A stretch of DNA of 40,607 nt from Reclinomonas americana ATCC 50394 (taxonomy: Eukaryota), in NCBI GenBank assembly GCA_048213135.1, contig PS015264.1, forward strand, positions 20,538 through 61,144, in the 5' to 3' direction. The translations under genes and the position numbers were made by a program. This document shows positions 1 through 12,558 of the stretch, one piece after another; position 1 is the first letter of the stretch, and the number at the start of each line of letters is the position of its first letter. A model generated the notes under the pieces. It worked only from the letters and a program-made list of their open reading frames with translations, had not been told where the DNA came from and searched no databases.

Positions 1-101
1 CTCGTACACTACGTACGTACGTTACGTACGTACTTACTACTACTTACTTACTCTTACTACTTCTACCTACTACTACTACTACTACTCTACCTACTACTAC
101 A

Positions 102-204
<103 letters not shown>

Positions 205-364
205 CTGAGCACCTTCCTCTTTCTCTTTCTCTGACCGCACAAATCACGCAAGAGTGCAAACGCAAACATTCCTCTCTACTCGCAACCTCATCCTTCAGTG
301 TGCGAGTATAAGTGCAGTTTGTGTGACCGTGACGCAGCTCACACCACAGCTCTCAGATTCTCTA

Positions 365-497
365 CTCTCCTCTCCTCTCCTCTTCTCCTCTCCTCTCCTC
401 TCCTCCCCTCTCCTCTCCTCTCCTCTCCATCTCCTCTCCATCTCCTCTCCTCTCCTCTCCTCTCCTCTCCTTTCCTCTCCTCTCCTCTCCTCTCCCC
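365..497. repeat. (CTCTC)n pentamer microsatellite
   Basis: Near-perfect 5-bp periodicity. Confidence 0.9.
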
Positions 498-532
498 CTG
501 TCCTCTCCACCCCTCCTCCCTCCCACACAAAC

Positions 533-2916
533 CCTTGATTGAGATCAACGACGCGGATGCAGTCGTTCAGTTCTGACACGAAGAGCCAATTGAGCACGGG
601 ATCGTGGCAGATCTTTTGCGGATACCTGCAGCCGCGCAACGGTGAGTGCCACAAGACATGAACGAGAGACAGAGAGAGAGGCTGCGCAACTTGAACTTGG
701 CGTCCTTGGCCAGACCATTGACAAAGCCGCTCTCCCCAGTTCCCGCCACGGTCAGCGTGAAACCGTCCGACACACGCACAGAGCGGATGCGGTGATTCAT
801 GGTGTCGGCCTGTTGGGTTTGGCGTCCGTGAAATCGATCATGGTAATGAACACATGCGCTCGCACACGAACCACAAAGAGCCTGTCGCCGACCAGCACAA
901 TGCCATCGGGGCAGTGGAAGCGCGCATTGTGGCCACGAATATCGTCATTAAAGCCAGACTCCTCTGACCCAGCAACCACGCGCATAGTCTGCTCAGGCAT
1001 GTCCAGCGCCACAACACCGCTCTTGACGCTCACATACACTACCGTGCCTGTGTGCAGCCAGGTGAGAGAGTGAGACGTAAGAGGAAGACAATGGAGAGAG
1101 CAGACAAACCAGCAGCATTGGCACAGACGCCCCTCGGCTCACACAGACGCGCATCGCGCCATGAGCCGTGCTCCAGACCACTGCACCACAGTGAGCTTCA
1201 CACAGATAAGAGGCGACAATGGAGGAAAAAAACGCACCGTTGTTTCTTGCCGCCGACCAGCGTCTGCACCGTAAGCTCCTCGACAGAGATGAGGCGAACG
1301 GCGTGATTGGAGGTGTCGGCGACGAGAATGTTGTCGTTGACCACACACAGGCCGGAGAGGAAGCCGAACTTGGCGGAACTGATCGGTCCGTCGACCAACT
1401 CGAAGCTGCCGACATTGGCGCCGCACAGGGTGAACACGCTGCCGGTCGGGTCGAGGCGACGGATGCATTGGTTGCCGCTCTCGGCTGCGAAAGTGAAGGA
1501 GGAGGGAGGGAGAGGGGGAAGGGAGAGGGGGGAGGGGGGCAGGGTGAGCCGAATCGGATTATCGTGAAGGCGGGCAAGAGGAAGGAGAGAGAAAGGAGAG
1601 CACAGTGAGATACAAAGAGTGATGTGAGTGAGATTTTAATAGGGAGGATAAACACGAAAGAATGCGATACAGCAATGCAGCACAGAGAGCGGAGAAACGA
1701 GCACAACAGATAACAACGACTAAGCACAGTGCAAGAGAAACGCTATCCAGAACGGAGGAGGTGCACAAGGGCGTCGTTAGAACGAATGCAAACGACCACG
1801 ATGAGACGCAAGGAAGGGAAAGAGCACAAGCAGCAGATCGAGAAGCGTAAGGTTGCGCATGAAGTGGAGAAGAAGGATGAGAATCAGACTCAAATCAGAC
1901 ACGTCAGCGCGGAGTAGAGGGGAACGCGATAATGGGAATGAGGAGCGAGACAAGAAAGACGGCTGAGAATTGCCATGAAGGCCCTTCGAAACGCCTGCCT
2001 TCCTCTTCTCTTCTTTACTCTATCCCTCTTCGCATACAAAATGCTGCACCGAAGACCTTCGATACGCCTGCCTTCCCTCTTCTCATAGCATGCAAAAGAA
2101 TTGCAATGTCCTCCTCTCCTTCCAACTTCTCTCTCAGGATGCAAGAGCCTTCGACATGCCTCCTTTCCCTGCTTTCGCACCCATTTCCCACTTCCCCCTT
2201 TCACCCCCTTCCCCCTACACGCCTTCCCCTTCGACTCACCAATCAACAGCGATCCCTTGGCCATCATCCCCAAATCACACGGATTGGCAAACATGGTCTC
2301 CTGCGCCGTCCCATCGCGATGCCCCTCCTGTCCCACACCGCACACCGTGCGCACCTCCAGATGCATCATGTTCACCCGCGGCGACGTCGCCGCCAACAAC
2401 GTCGTCGTCGTCGTCGTCGCCGATTCCTCCACAGCCGAGGAGGCAGAGGACACGGGCACCGTCCTGCGCGCCGGCGATGCCGAAGCCGTGCGCTGGTGGT
2501 GAAGTTGAGCGGCGGCGGCCACGCGCGGCGTCGGACGAGCCGAAGTCATTGATGGCGGTGGTGGTGGAATGAACGCAGGACCCGCACTCACCAGTGACGG
2601 TGGCTGCTGAGTCACCAATGGAGGTGGAGGAGGAGACACTGCGGTGGCGCTGGGTGGACGAAAGAGTTGCTGTTTGTATTGTGCTGGTTGTGGGGAACCG
2701 CGCGCAGCTGCTGCTGCTGGTGAGGGCGATGCCGAGTCCATCATGTATGCGGAGAGACGAGGAGGTGCGAGGAGAGAGGGGTTGTGACCGGCACCAGTGG
2801 GCGTCATGCTGCGCAGGAACTCCTCCACGCCTGTGTGCGCGAGTGTGAGTATGTGTGTGAGTGTGTGAGATACAGAATGTATTGACGAAACCAATCGGCG
2901 ATGCTGTTCGCTGCAT
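533..2916 (-). CDS. NHL-repeat (beta-propeller) protein with Pro/Ser/Ala-rich N-terminus; at least 7 exons, 3' end not resolved
   Basis: Manual splicing from ATG 2916 gives MQRTASPIG|VEEF...HRDGTAQETMFANPCDL...LLIA|ESGNQCIRRL...VDGPISSAKFGFLSGL...VADTSNHAVRLI...ARLCEPRGV...ARFHCPDGI...LFV|ADTMNHRIRSV...TVAGTGESGFVNG...AKFK|YPQKI. These are repeated NHL-type motifs (FxxPxGI, VADxxNHxIR, TxAGxG). All joins are GT-AG and in frame. Confidence 0.8.
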
Positions 2917-3234
2917 GGCGAGGCGAGGAGTGGAGGAGGAAGAAGGAAGGAAGGAAGCAAGCAGAGGTGTGCGCGTGAGTGAGGTTCGAGTGTAGTGGAG
3001 AGGTGCCTTGCAATCCGTTGACCGGTTCGACCGTTGGATGAAAAATGTGTCGTCGCGATTGGAGTGACTTGCAGTTGACGGAAGCCTCTCTGCAGCAGAC
3101 ACAGAAAAAGGAAGCGTGCAAGCGGCTGGCGTTGCTGCGTGCGCGTGGCATTTTGTGTAATGCATCTACAGTCGAAATCGACTTGAAATTTCACGCAAAC
3201 GCACAGAAACGCACTCGCTGACAGCGCACGCACT
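2917..3234. promoter_or_regulatory. Short divergent (probably bidirectional) promoter region
   Basis: Only 318 nt separate the inferred start codons of two divergently oriented genes. No specific element identified. Confidence 0.5.
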
Positions 3235-6160
3235 ATGGTCTCACGGCGTGATGCCGGCTCGCCCTCCTTTCTCACCGAGGTGGCGCACCTGCCAGGTAAC
3301 GCACACTCACACTCACACACACTCTTCTTTCCTCGTGTATTCACGTCCTGTTCACAGATGTGACTCGCGAGTCCATTCCTCCGCGCCCGCCTCCCTCGGC
3401 ACACGAACCGTTTGTGCTGCCGACGCCAGGCGCACAAAGTGGCTCGTTTCGACGCACAAGAGGCACGGCTGCGTCGAGTTCCGCTCTCGATCTGCGCTTT
3501 CCACCCGTGTCGCCGGATCGAGCAGGCTCGGACGCCGCCACAACACTCTCGCGCTTCACTGACCTGCGCAACACCAAGTACGACTATCTGCTCTATGTTC
3601 TCGACAAGCAAGAGGTAATCAGGCTCTACGATCATGCCTGCTTGCACCCAGTCTCATCCACCGCATGCAGGAGGACGCCGAGGGCGAGAAAAAGGCCACC
3701 ACTGCGGTTGCTTCACCGTCGCCCATGTCGCCGTCGCGTCGCGATCCTCGTCTCGATCAGCTGTATGTGTCGTTGCTGGAGCCTGTGCCATCGGCCGACA
3801 CGCAGGCCAATGGTGGTGCTGGGGATCGAGGTCGCGGAAGGGCACAGCAAGGTCAGCAATGATCATCAGATGCTGGTGTATTCCTTGTGTCGCGTCTCAC
3901 ACGCGTGCATGCATGCACAGCGGCGAGTTCCTTTGTGACCAAGAAGCGACGGCTGAACAGCCAGAGTGTCAGCTCGCATGAGAGCTTGTCGACACTGCGC
4001 AATCTGGAACGACGGCTGACCAAGCTGGCCAGCGACAGCAAGGAGCGGAGAGATCTGGAGATGCGCGTTGGTGAGCAGAAGTGTGTGCAGGAGAAGCCGC
4101 AACAGGAGGGATCGATTCTCACTGTGTCCTCTCCCAGCCGAGTACTTGCGCGAGAGACGACACTCGGACGGCACACTGAGTATTCTGGAGCGCAACAAGA
4201 GGGCGCTGATCGAGTCGGCGCCAGATGCCAAGGCTGAGCGGCTGGAGAACAAGGTGAGAGTGTGGTGTCGCGCGCGGTCCATTGTCTGTCGAGGTCGTCC
4301 TCCTCCTCACGCCACCTATCATGCAGGCGCGGTTTTTCGTGGAGCACCAGCACGAAGTGCTGCAGCGCAGTGTGGAGGTGTTTGCTGAGCGACAAGAGCG
4401 ATTGGCGGAGAAGCTGGCGCAGCAGGAGCGGGTGCGTGTGCACTCTCGTTGATCCACGGATCTCTTTTCCCACCTTTCCTCTCATCCGTGAGACCACAGA
4501 CGCAACGCTCCAAGGAGGACATTCTGGCGGAGATGGTGCAGCGTAATGTGCTCACCATTGTCATCACCACGGCCAGTCGGCTGCTGGTTCTTTCTCGGGC
4601 GCTGATGGTCAGTGACCAACCAAGTGAGTGAGAAAGTGTGCACTTGTCTCTCGCTCACTCCCCATGCGCTGCAGAACGACCGTGCTTGCCGACAAGTGCG
4701 CGTCAAACTGCACACCAAGGCCGCCTTGCTGCAGCGCAACATGCAGATGTGGTATCGTCGGCTCGTCACTCGGCGCTTCTCCAACGGCATGCGCGTTTTC
4801 ACTCGGTACTGCGAATGGAGTTTGTCAGCATTCAATCGCGTCGCTCCTCACTTCACCGCCAACACAGAGTTTTCAACGCGTACCTGTCGAAGAGGAGGCG
4901 TCGTTTCAGGGTGCAGGCTGTGAACTGGATCATCGAGTTCCTCAACGCGCAGCGTGAATCCACGAAACTGGTCATTATTGTTCGACGCTTCCGCAATGCC
5001 GGTCTGTGACTGTTGTGTATCGCGTCCGCACACCATTGTCAAGCACACTCACCGCCAAGCGTGTAGTCCGCAAGATCCAGTCGTTCTTCCGACAACGTCA
5101 GTTCCAAAACGTGACACGCTACGGTCTCAGTATGCAATCGTGGGATCGTTCGGCGTCCAATATTATCGCCGCGTACGACTATGCTTTGCAGGTTAGGTGT
5201 CGACGAGTAATTCTCTCCTTCATCCTATCTGTACCTCACACTTCCTTGCCACAGTATCAACGCGCGGCAGCCCGCAATCCCAACTTCCAGATGCCGCGCC
5301 CTCCTCCCGACAACTACATGCGATCTCTGTTGCGTGCACTCCAAGTTGTTTCGACAGTCGAGCCAGTCTGTCTGATGTGCCCTCACCCCCCTGCAGTTCA
5401 CTTTTCCCCAACGTCACCTTGTCGATCGCTGGCAAGAAGGAGCTGCTGAAGCGCATGTCCAGGTTGGATTATCATTCATTGCATGTGTGTCCGTGCCACA
5501 CCGCCGCTGAACATTTGTGTGCGTGAACACAGAGATCAAAAGATGGCGGTGCTGCAGGAACACTGGCGCGAACAGCAGCGCCAGTTCCGGGAACGTCTGC
5601 GGCAGTATCATGAGGACTTCAAGGCCTTCCAGAAAATGGCGGCCTACATCAAGATGCGCCGTGTTGTTACTGGCCGGGTCGCCGAGAACATTGATCTCGA
5701 TCCGCCTGTGTTGCCGACCATGCGCATCGTCATCTCAGAGGAAGAGGTATTGCGGTATGCTTTCGCGCTCCCCCCATCATCGTGCACTCACCGCCGAGTG
5801 CCCGTGCAGATCATGCGACTGATTGATCGCGCAATCACCGACGCCGCCATGAAACTGCGTGCCTCATTCCACCGATCCTCATCTCCGTTGCGTTCACTCC
5901 ACGTGAAGCACTCTTCACTCACGCCGCTGACTCCCCCCATATCCAGTGAGCGGCCAGTGTCGCCACCGACCACAGAAGATGTCCCGCCTCCACCATCCAC
6001 GCCACCCTCCGAAACTGCTCCTGCAGACGACGACGACGACGACGCCTGCTCGCCAGATTCCCAGCCACAGGAAACTCCAGTCGCTGCACCCGGTGCCAGT
6101 GAGAGCGCCGAGGAACGACCACTGGTGCCGATTCTGCCTCCCACTGCGTTTAGGAAATGA
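3235..6160 (+). CDS. Uncharacterised helical protein with IQ-like motifs; 14 exons
   Basis: 13 short GT-AG introns give one continuous frame from ATG 3235 to TGA 6158-6160. It contains IQ-like segments (VRKIQSFFRQR, AALLQRNMQMWYRR), charged helical stretches and low-complexity ends. No family recognised. Confidence 0.7.
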
Positions 6161-6433
6161 AATCTGTTTGCAATATGCTCATTTCACCACAGCGAGGTGG
6201 GCGTGTACACTGCTCACTTGTTCTCGGCAGCGTAGCACCAAAATGCCTTCTCACATAAACAGATCAACACACAAAATGCAAATCGCGGAAACTATACATG
6301 TCTTTTTCTCTCTACTCCTTCTCCTTATCCCGTCACTCCATAACTCACTGCACCTCAACAAACACATACAAAAAATCATGTACGGCCGAGCACGTACCTC
6401 ATTCTCTTCCACTGTCTCTACTCTTTCAGGTGA

Positions 6434-9400
6434 TTACGGACTGAACGACAGCTCAAAGGTCACTCGGCAAAACACGAAAAAGATGACGGCCATGATCGCC
6501 TGCAGCAGGAACCAGAAGCCCATCACCGACGGACCCATGATGCCAGACGAGCGGTTGATGACAAACGGCGGCGTCTGCGAGAACGACTTGCGCGGCACGA
6601 CGTTCTGCGGCGGTGGTCGCACCGGTGGTCGCAGATCAGCAGCCGCACGTAACCGCTCGTCAGCCGACAAGGAGGCCATGGAGATGCGCTCACGAGGTGG
6701 GCTGGCCGCAGCGGTGTGGTGCTTGCGACGGCGGGATGCGGGAGGCGACGGTTGCTTGGGCGAGGCATCCACCAGCGCAAAGCAGTCGACACGCGTGATA
6801 TCGCGAGTCACTGCACGCTCGTCCACTTCGTCCACAGTGGCGGCGGTCGCCGCCGACACTGGCGGTGGTGATTGAGGCGATGCGCTTGACGCAGCATTGA
6901 CCTTGCCGTGCACCGACTCGAGCAGCTCGACAATGCGTTCCTGGCGCTGCGATTCGACCGACGACTCTTGCTGACGGCGCAGCGAAGCAGTGACTTTCTT
7001 CACCGCCGAGGCCGCGGCCTCCTCGGCCACCGACACCATCTCCTGACGCATGGCCTGGCGCATGTCCAGCATGGCGGCTGTGACGAAAAGGGACAGGATG
7101 AGCTAAAGGAGGGCAAGAGAAAAAAGAGTGTGGACACACGCACCCTTCATCTCGCGTGCGAGCTGCGCCGCAAGCTCGGACACTGCACTCTCCACAACCT
7201 TTTGTGGGTTGGACGCCTGCGGAATGGCGTCGAGGCGTTCGGCCACTTGCTGCACCACGGCGTCGTGCTTGTTCTGCACAGTGCGAATGTCGCCAATCTG
7301 CTCCTCGATGCGGGTGATGCAGTCTGCGTGCGGCGGAGAGGGTGAGCTGCTGCTGATTTTAGTCGCCAGGGACACAGAGGGGGAGACAAACCGTGCCAGT
7401 TGGTCTTCTCGACGGTGTCAACAGTCTCGCCAGCAGTAGCAACAATGCCTGCGTACGTGCAAAAGGCGGTGAGGAGTGGGAGGGATAGAGAGACCGGGGT
7501 TACTGCTCACTGTGCGCACCACCAGCAGACTTCACGAAGCGGGCGGCTACCAGGTCGGTCACGCTGTCGCTAATCTGCGACGCACGCTGCAGCAGCGGGG
7601 TCACAGTTGACGAGGGAACCGCATTGGCAGTGCGGTGGAGAGCGGCGATAATGTCGGTCTCCAGGTGCTGCGCAAAGCCTGTGTGGTGTGGTGGTGGTGG
7701 TGGGGGGTGAGTTTCGTGTGTGCTTGGAGAGATCATCGGAATGTGCGAATGCACGCACCTTCCATGCGCTTGCTGAGTTGGCCTTCGCGGTTCTGAATGG
7801 CCTCCTTGGTGGCGGCGCAGGCCTTTTCAGCCAGGCGCTCCGACAGGGTCGAGAATTCCTCTGTGCGAAAGGGGGAAGTGAGTGAGGGGGAGGGCGGAGA
7901 AGGAAGAAAGGAGAAGGAGATAACGGAGAGGGAGAAAAGGGAGAGGGAGATAAGGGAGAGGGAGATAAGGGAGAGGGAGATAAGGGAGAGGGAGCTAAGG
8001 GAGAGGGAGCTAAGGGAGAGGGGGATAAGGGAGAGGGAGATAAGGGAGAGGGAGATAAGAGAGGGAGCTCAGGGAGAGGAAGATAAGGAAGATGGAGACG
8101 GAAAGGGAGAGGTAAGAGGAAGAGGAAGAGGGAAAGCGGGTAGAGGGAACAGGGAACAGGGAAAAGGGAAGAGCGAAGAGGGAAGAGGGAAGAGGGGAAG
8201 AGGGAGAGACTGAGACAAAGCAGACTGGGAGAACGGCACTCAACTCTCAAACTTGTCCTGCGCCAGCTCGCTGGCAGTGCGCTTGGAGACGGCCGACACA
8301 GTTCGGTCAATCATCTCGCTGACGCTGTCTTGCGTGGAGCGGAACCACTCTGCGTGCCATGGAGTTGAGAGGCACGAAACTGAACGACGGGTAAGGCAAC
8401 AAAGATCTCACGAACCAGTCATGTGATCGCTGAGTGCAGCGCGCAGCTGCTTCGAAAGCAGGCCAAAGGTGCCGACTCGAAGGCGAATCGACTCGGCCTC
8501 CACCATATTGTCGGCGTCTGTTATGCAAAACAGTCAGCGCACAGAAAGAGGACGCTGGCCTGCATGTCGTTCTGACGCACCAGCCACCGCCTCGGCCACC
8601 GCTTGGCGAGCCTCGTCGGGCGAGTAGGAAGTTGCAAACTTGCCGTTCTCCAGCTGCTGGTTGACCACGGCAATGGCCGCAAAGCACTCATTGATGCGCT
8701 CCGCGTTGCCGGCCGTAGCTTGTATGATCTCTGCGCGATGATGTGTACCGAAATCAGCACCCTGCATGACGACGACGAGAGACATGAAGAACATGCGCCT
8801 CACTCACCCTGCAGGTGAGCCAGCACCACATGGTGCTCCTTGGCAGACTCGAGTCGCAGCACTTTCTCTGCACGAGCGAAAGAGAGAGAAATCATAAGCA
8901 AAGAAAACGACGCGAAAATGCACGAGGAGTGCCAAGGACCTTGCAGGCGCTCCAACTCGGAGAACAGTCGGCGGTAGTAGGTGGGGGCTGCGCGCATTTC
9001 AGAGTGAGGCAAAGTAAGATGAAAGGCAGGAGAGAAGGATTAACTCACAAACTGCACTGCGGGTGCCGCCCGGCGACATGGAGTGGAACGACTGCTCGAG
9101 CGACCCAGAGCTGGTGTTCAACGCCGGTGGAGCCGGAAGGGTGCGGAAACGGACCTTCTCGCGCTGCTCGCGAGTGACGCGCGTCATCTCGGCGTGCTTC
9201 TGGCGCATCTGGTCAATGGCGTCACACACTTCGCTCGGGTTCGACGCCGTCGAGGTGGTGGTGGTGTCGGCGGCCGCGGTGGTGGTGGTGGTGGTGGTCG
9301 CGGAGGTGACAGTTGTTGCGATGCTCGGCTCGCTTTGCATGCGCTGAAGGAGTGGCTTGACGGCCTTGAGCATGGCCTCGTGGTGCTTCAGGATGTCTGC

Positions 9401-11388
9401 CGGGGTGAGAGGCAAGGGTGGGTAATGGGGAAGAGGGACAGGAGAAGGGGAAGAGGGTGGAAGAGGGTGGAAGAGGGTGGAAGAGGGTGCAAGAGGGAAG
9501 GAGAGGAAGGACGAGGGAGGAAGAGGGGGAAAGAGGGAGGAAGAGGGAGGAAGAGGGTGGAAGAGGGAGGAAGAGGGAGGAAGAGGGAGGAAGAGGGACA
9601 GGAGAAGGGGAAGAGGGAGGAAGAGGGAGGAAGAGGGAGGAAGAGGGAGGAAGAGGGAGGAAGAGGGAGGAAGAGGGAGGAAGAGGGAGGAAGAGGGAGG
9701 AAGAGGGAGGAAGAGGGAGGAAGAGGGAGGAAGAGAGGGGAAGAGAGGGGAAGAGGGTGGAAGAGGGTGGAAGAGGGTGGAAGAGGGCGAAAGAGGGTGG
9801 AAGAGGGAAGACTAGAGAGAAGAAAAGGAGAGCGAGGAGAGAGATGCAAGAGTGAGAAGAGAGACGGGAGCAGCGGTGGAAAGGAGGCGCGAACAGGAAG
9901 ATAAACAACAGTGAGATGGCAGACATCATACGCAGTTTGGTGGGTGATGTATGTGAAAGAAAGAAGCGGCAAGGAGAGAGGAAATATCAAGAAAAGAAAG
10001 TGTCTGAGAAATGCCCATTCCCTTTCCACATACCTCGCTGCTGCTCGCTAATGGCGCTCTGGCTGCCGCGAATCGTGTCGAGGTCGCCGGCAAACTCCTG
10101 CAGCAGCTCGTTCATGAACGCGGTAAAGTGCGCGCGCATGTCCACCTCCTCCGCCTGAGCAGGCATCGCCAAGGCCGCTTGCGCCTCGGCGGTGGCCGTC
10201 GACATGACAGAAGTGCTGGTGCCGCGAATGCCCTCCATGAGGTCGTGCAGCTGGTCTTGGATGAAGAGGATTTGCGTGCGCAAATCGTCGGCCACCGTGC
10301 TCAGCTCCTGGCCAGTGACAACATCGGCGGGGAGACCGCTCATGAGCGACGAGTTGAGCGAGCCGCGACGAGCTATTTTTTCGAGCAAAAGAGTCAGGAA
10401 AATGATGGAAAAAGGGAGTTAATGAGACCCGTACTCACCACGAGCGACCGAGGACGGCGTGCCGAGGTTGAGCACAGCGGGTGAGCGCAGACCAGCAAAC
10501 AGGTCGCCGGCCGTGCACGGGGTAATCGGCAGCACGTCGGGCTCCACCAGACCCTCAGTGAGGATGCTGACCGAGCCGCGGCGGTGAATCGACATGGGCG
10601 TGGTGGCGGCAGCAATGACGGCGGCCACCGCACTGCTGCTGTTGCTGCTGCTCTGCTTGATCTCTTTCTCCTTCTCGGAGAGACGCGCCTCCAGCTCACG
10701 CATCTTCAGGTAGTTCTCGTTGATCTCGTGCAGCCACTCCTGCTCCTTGTGCATGTACTCGAGCTCGACCTGCTGCAGCTTCTCGCAGTCTTGCATCGAC
10801 TCGGTGATCTGCAACGACGAACATCAAATAAGCTCGCACGCGTCACAACAAGACTGCGTTTGCGTGAAAGGCACACCTGTCGCTCCAGATCACGAATGCG
10901 CGTCTCCTTCTCCAGCAATTCGCGATTGAGATCGCGCATGTCGGTCGGCAGCTGGAACGAGGGGCGACGAGTGGCGGAGAGCGGGGTGTTGCTGCCACCG
11001 ACACTGGTGTTGAGCACGGCGCTGCCAGTGGACATGGTCGCGCGGTGTCGCGACACCACCGACGACGGAGGAGGCACGGCCGGCGATCGAGTCGACGACA
11101 GGAAGCAGTGCAACGCGTCGCACGAGTCGTCCAGTGGCGATCGCTCCGAAGCCGGTTCAGGCGCCGGTGGCGACGCGCCCAGGAACGAGTTGCTGGGCGA
11201 CATGCCTTCAGAGAGAGAGAGAGAGACACACACACCAATGAGAATATGACAAACGGTTTGTGAGGCAACAATGCACGCACCTGGTCCAAAGCTGCACGGT
11301 GACGGAATGTGCTCATCGTCCAGCAATGCAGCCGCGCTGTTCTTGCGCTGCATGCACCATCGTGTGTGAGTGAGCGCGACAGACAGAC

Positions 11389-11426
<38 letters not shown>

Positions 11427-11755
11427 CGCGCAGCACTCACCCGTGTCGACAAGGCGTGAATGGGCGAGTCCAATGGCATGAGCTCCCCGCCCGTGGGCGA
11501 CAACTGCAGTGCCGACGAGAGGCTAATGACCGACACCTTGCGCGCACTGGCATCATACGAGGCATACAGTGGCGTGGTCTCCTCATCGTCGCCTCCAATC
11601 TCCTCGGCCTCCTCCACACGCGGAGGTGACGAGGCCTCAAAGAGATCATACACGCCCTGCTTTTGCACGGCCAGGCGCACTGAGCGCCGCACAATCTCCT
11701 CTGCCGAGGAGGACGAGTCGCCCATCAACGGCAACGAGTTGTCGAGGTAGTCCAT
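6434..11755 (-). CDS. Long coiled-coil protein with a single C-terminal transmembrane anchor; about 16 exons
   Basis: About 15 GT-AG introns join MDYLDNSLPL... (ATG 11755) to TAA 6434-6436 in one frame. Heptad-like segments include DLNRELLEKETRIRDLERQ|ITESMQDCEKLQQVELE and KMRELEARLSEKEKEIK. It ends GFWFLLQAIMAVIFFVFCRVTFELSFSP*. Confidence 0.7.
7915..8075. repeat. Intronic 15-bp minisatellite (GGGAGAGGGAGATAA)n
   Basis: About 10 slightly variable units inside an intron of the coiled-coil gene. Confidence 0.9.
9430..9810. repeat. Intronic 10-bp minisatellite (AAGAGGGAGG)n
   Basis: More than 30 units, with AAGAGGGTGG variants at both ends. Confidence 0.95.
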
Positions 11756-12558
11756 ACTGGTGGCCGTTGAGTGGCGCAAGGCACGTGCCTGCTCTGCAAA
11801 TGGTGCAATTGCCGAGCAGACTCGTCGGGAAGAGGAGGAGGAGGAGGAGGGTGGAGAGAGTGTGCGGAACGAGGGCAGTGCGTGTGAACGCGAAGGAGAG
11901 TGGTGAGAGAAAGAAGAGGAAGAAGAGGAGGAAAGAGGTGGAGTGGTGGTCCTGGCGCTCTGACGGCGGAGAAACGAGTCAAAGCCGCGCATAACGGTCG
12001 GATTGTGGCCAATTGCGGAGGGTGGATTTGTGTTGGCAGGCGGTTGTGTTTTGTGTGTGAGGGAGAGAGTGCGTGCGTGCAAGTGCGCGTGTGTGGTGGA
12101 ATGCTTGAGTGAAATGCTGGATGAAGAGGGAGTGAAGATGATGAAGAGGGCGTCATTGCCAAAAATTTATTGGTTTTCTTGGATTGCGCGCGCCAGAATC
12201 TCTGAATCTGTGCCGGCGAATAAAAAGGCGGGGTGGCAGCGTGGAGAGTGAGAGGGAGATGAGGCGCGTGAGAGTTGAGGAAGGTGGAAGGGGGGTCACA
12301 GAGGGGCCGTGTGTTCAGTTGTCCGGAGAGTGCGCAAGCACGCGTTTTTGTGTGTGTTTTTCCTTTGATATGTTGAGTGGTGAGTGGTGAGTGGAATCCG
12401 TGTTATTGCACCAATAGCAATAGCAACAGCACGCCAAAGTGCCAACTCCAATCATCTCCAACGACACCAATCACGACCGCGGCGAGGAACGGCTTCGTTC
12501 AACGGCCACTCTCGGCCGTCACATTTCTTTGCTTTCCTTTCCACAAAAAGGCGTTCAC

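Noticed and set aside
281-286. GTTGCG on the minus strand preceded by G
   Set aside because: No convincing exon ends here, so it was not counted as a donor. The NHL gene's G|GTTTCGT donor near 2890 was also left out of the shifted class because it has G at -1.
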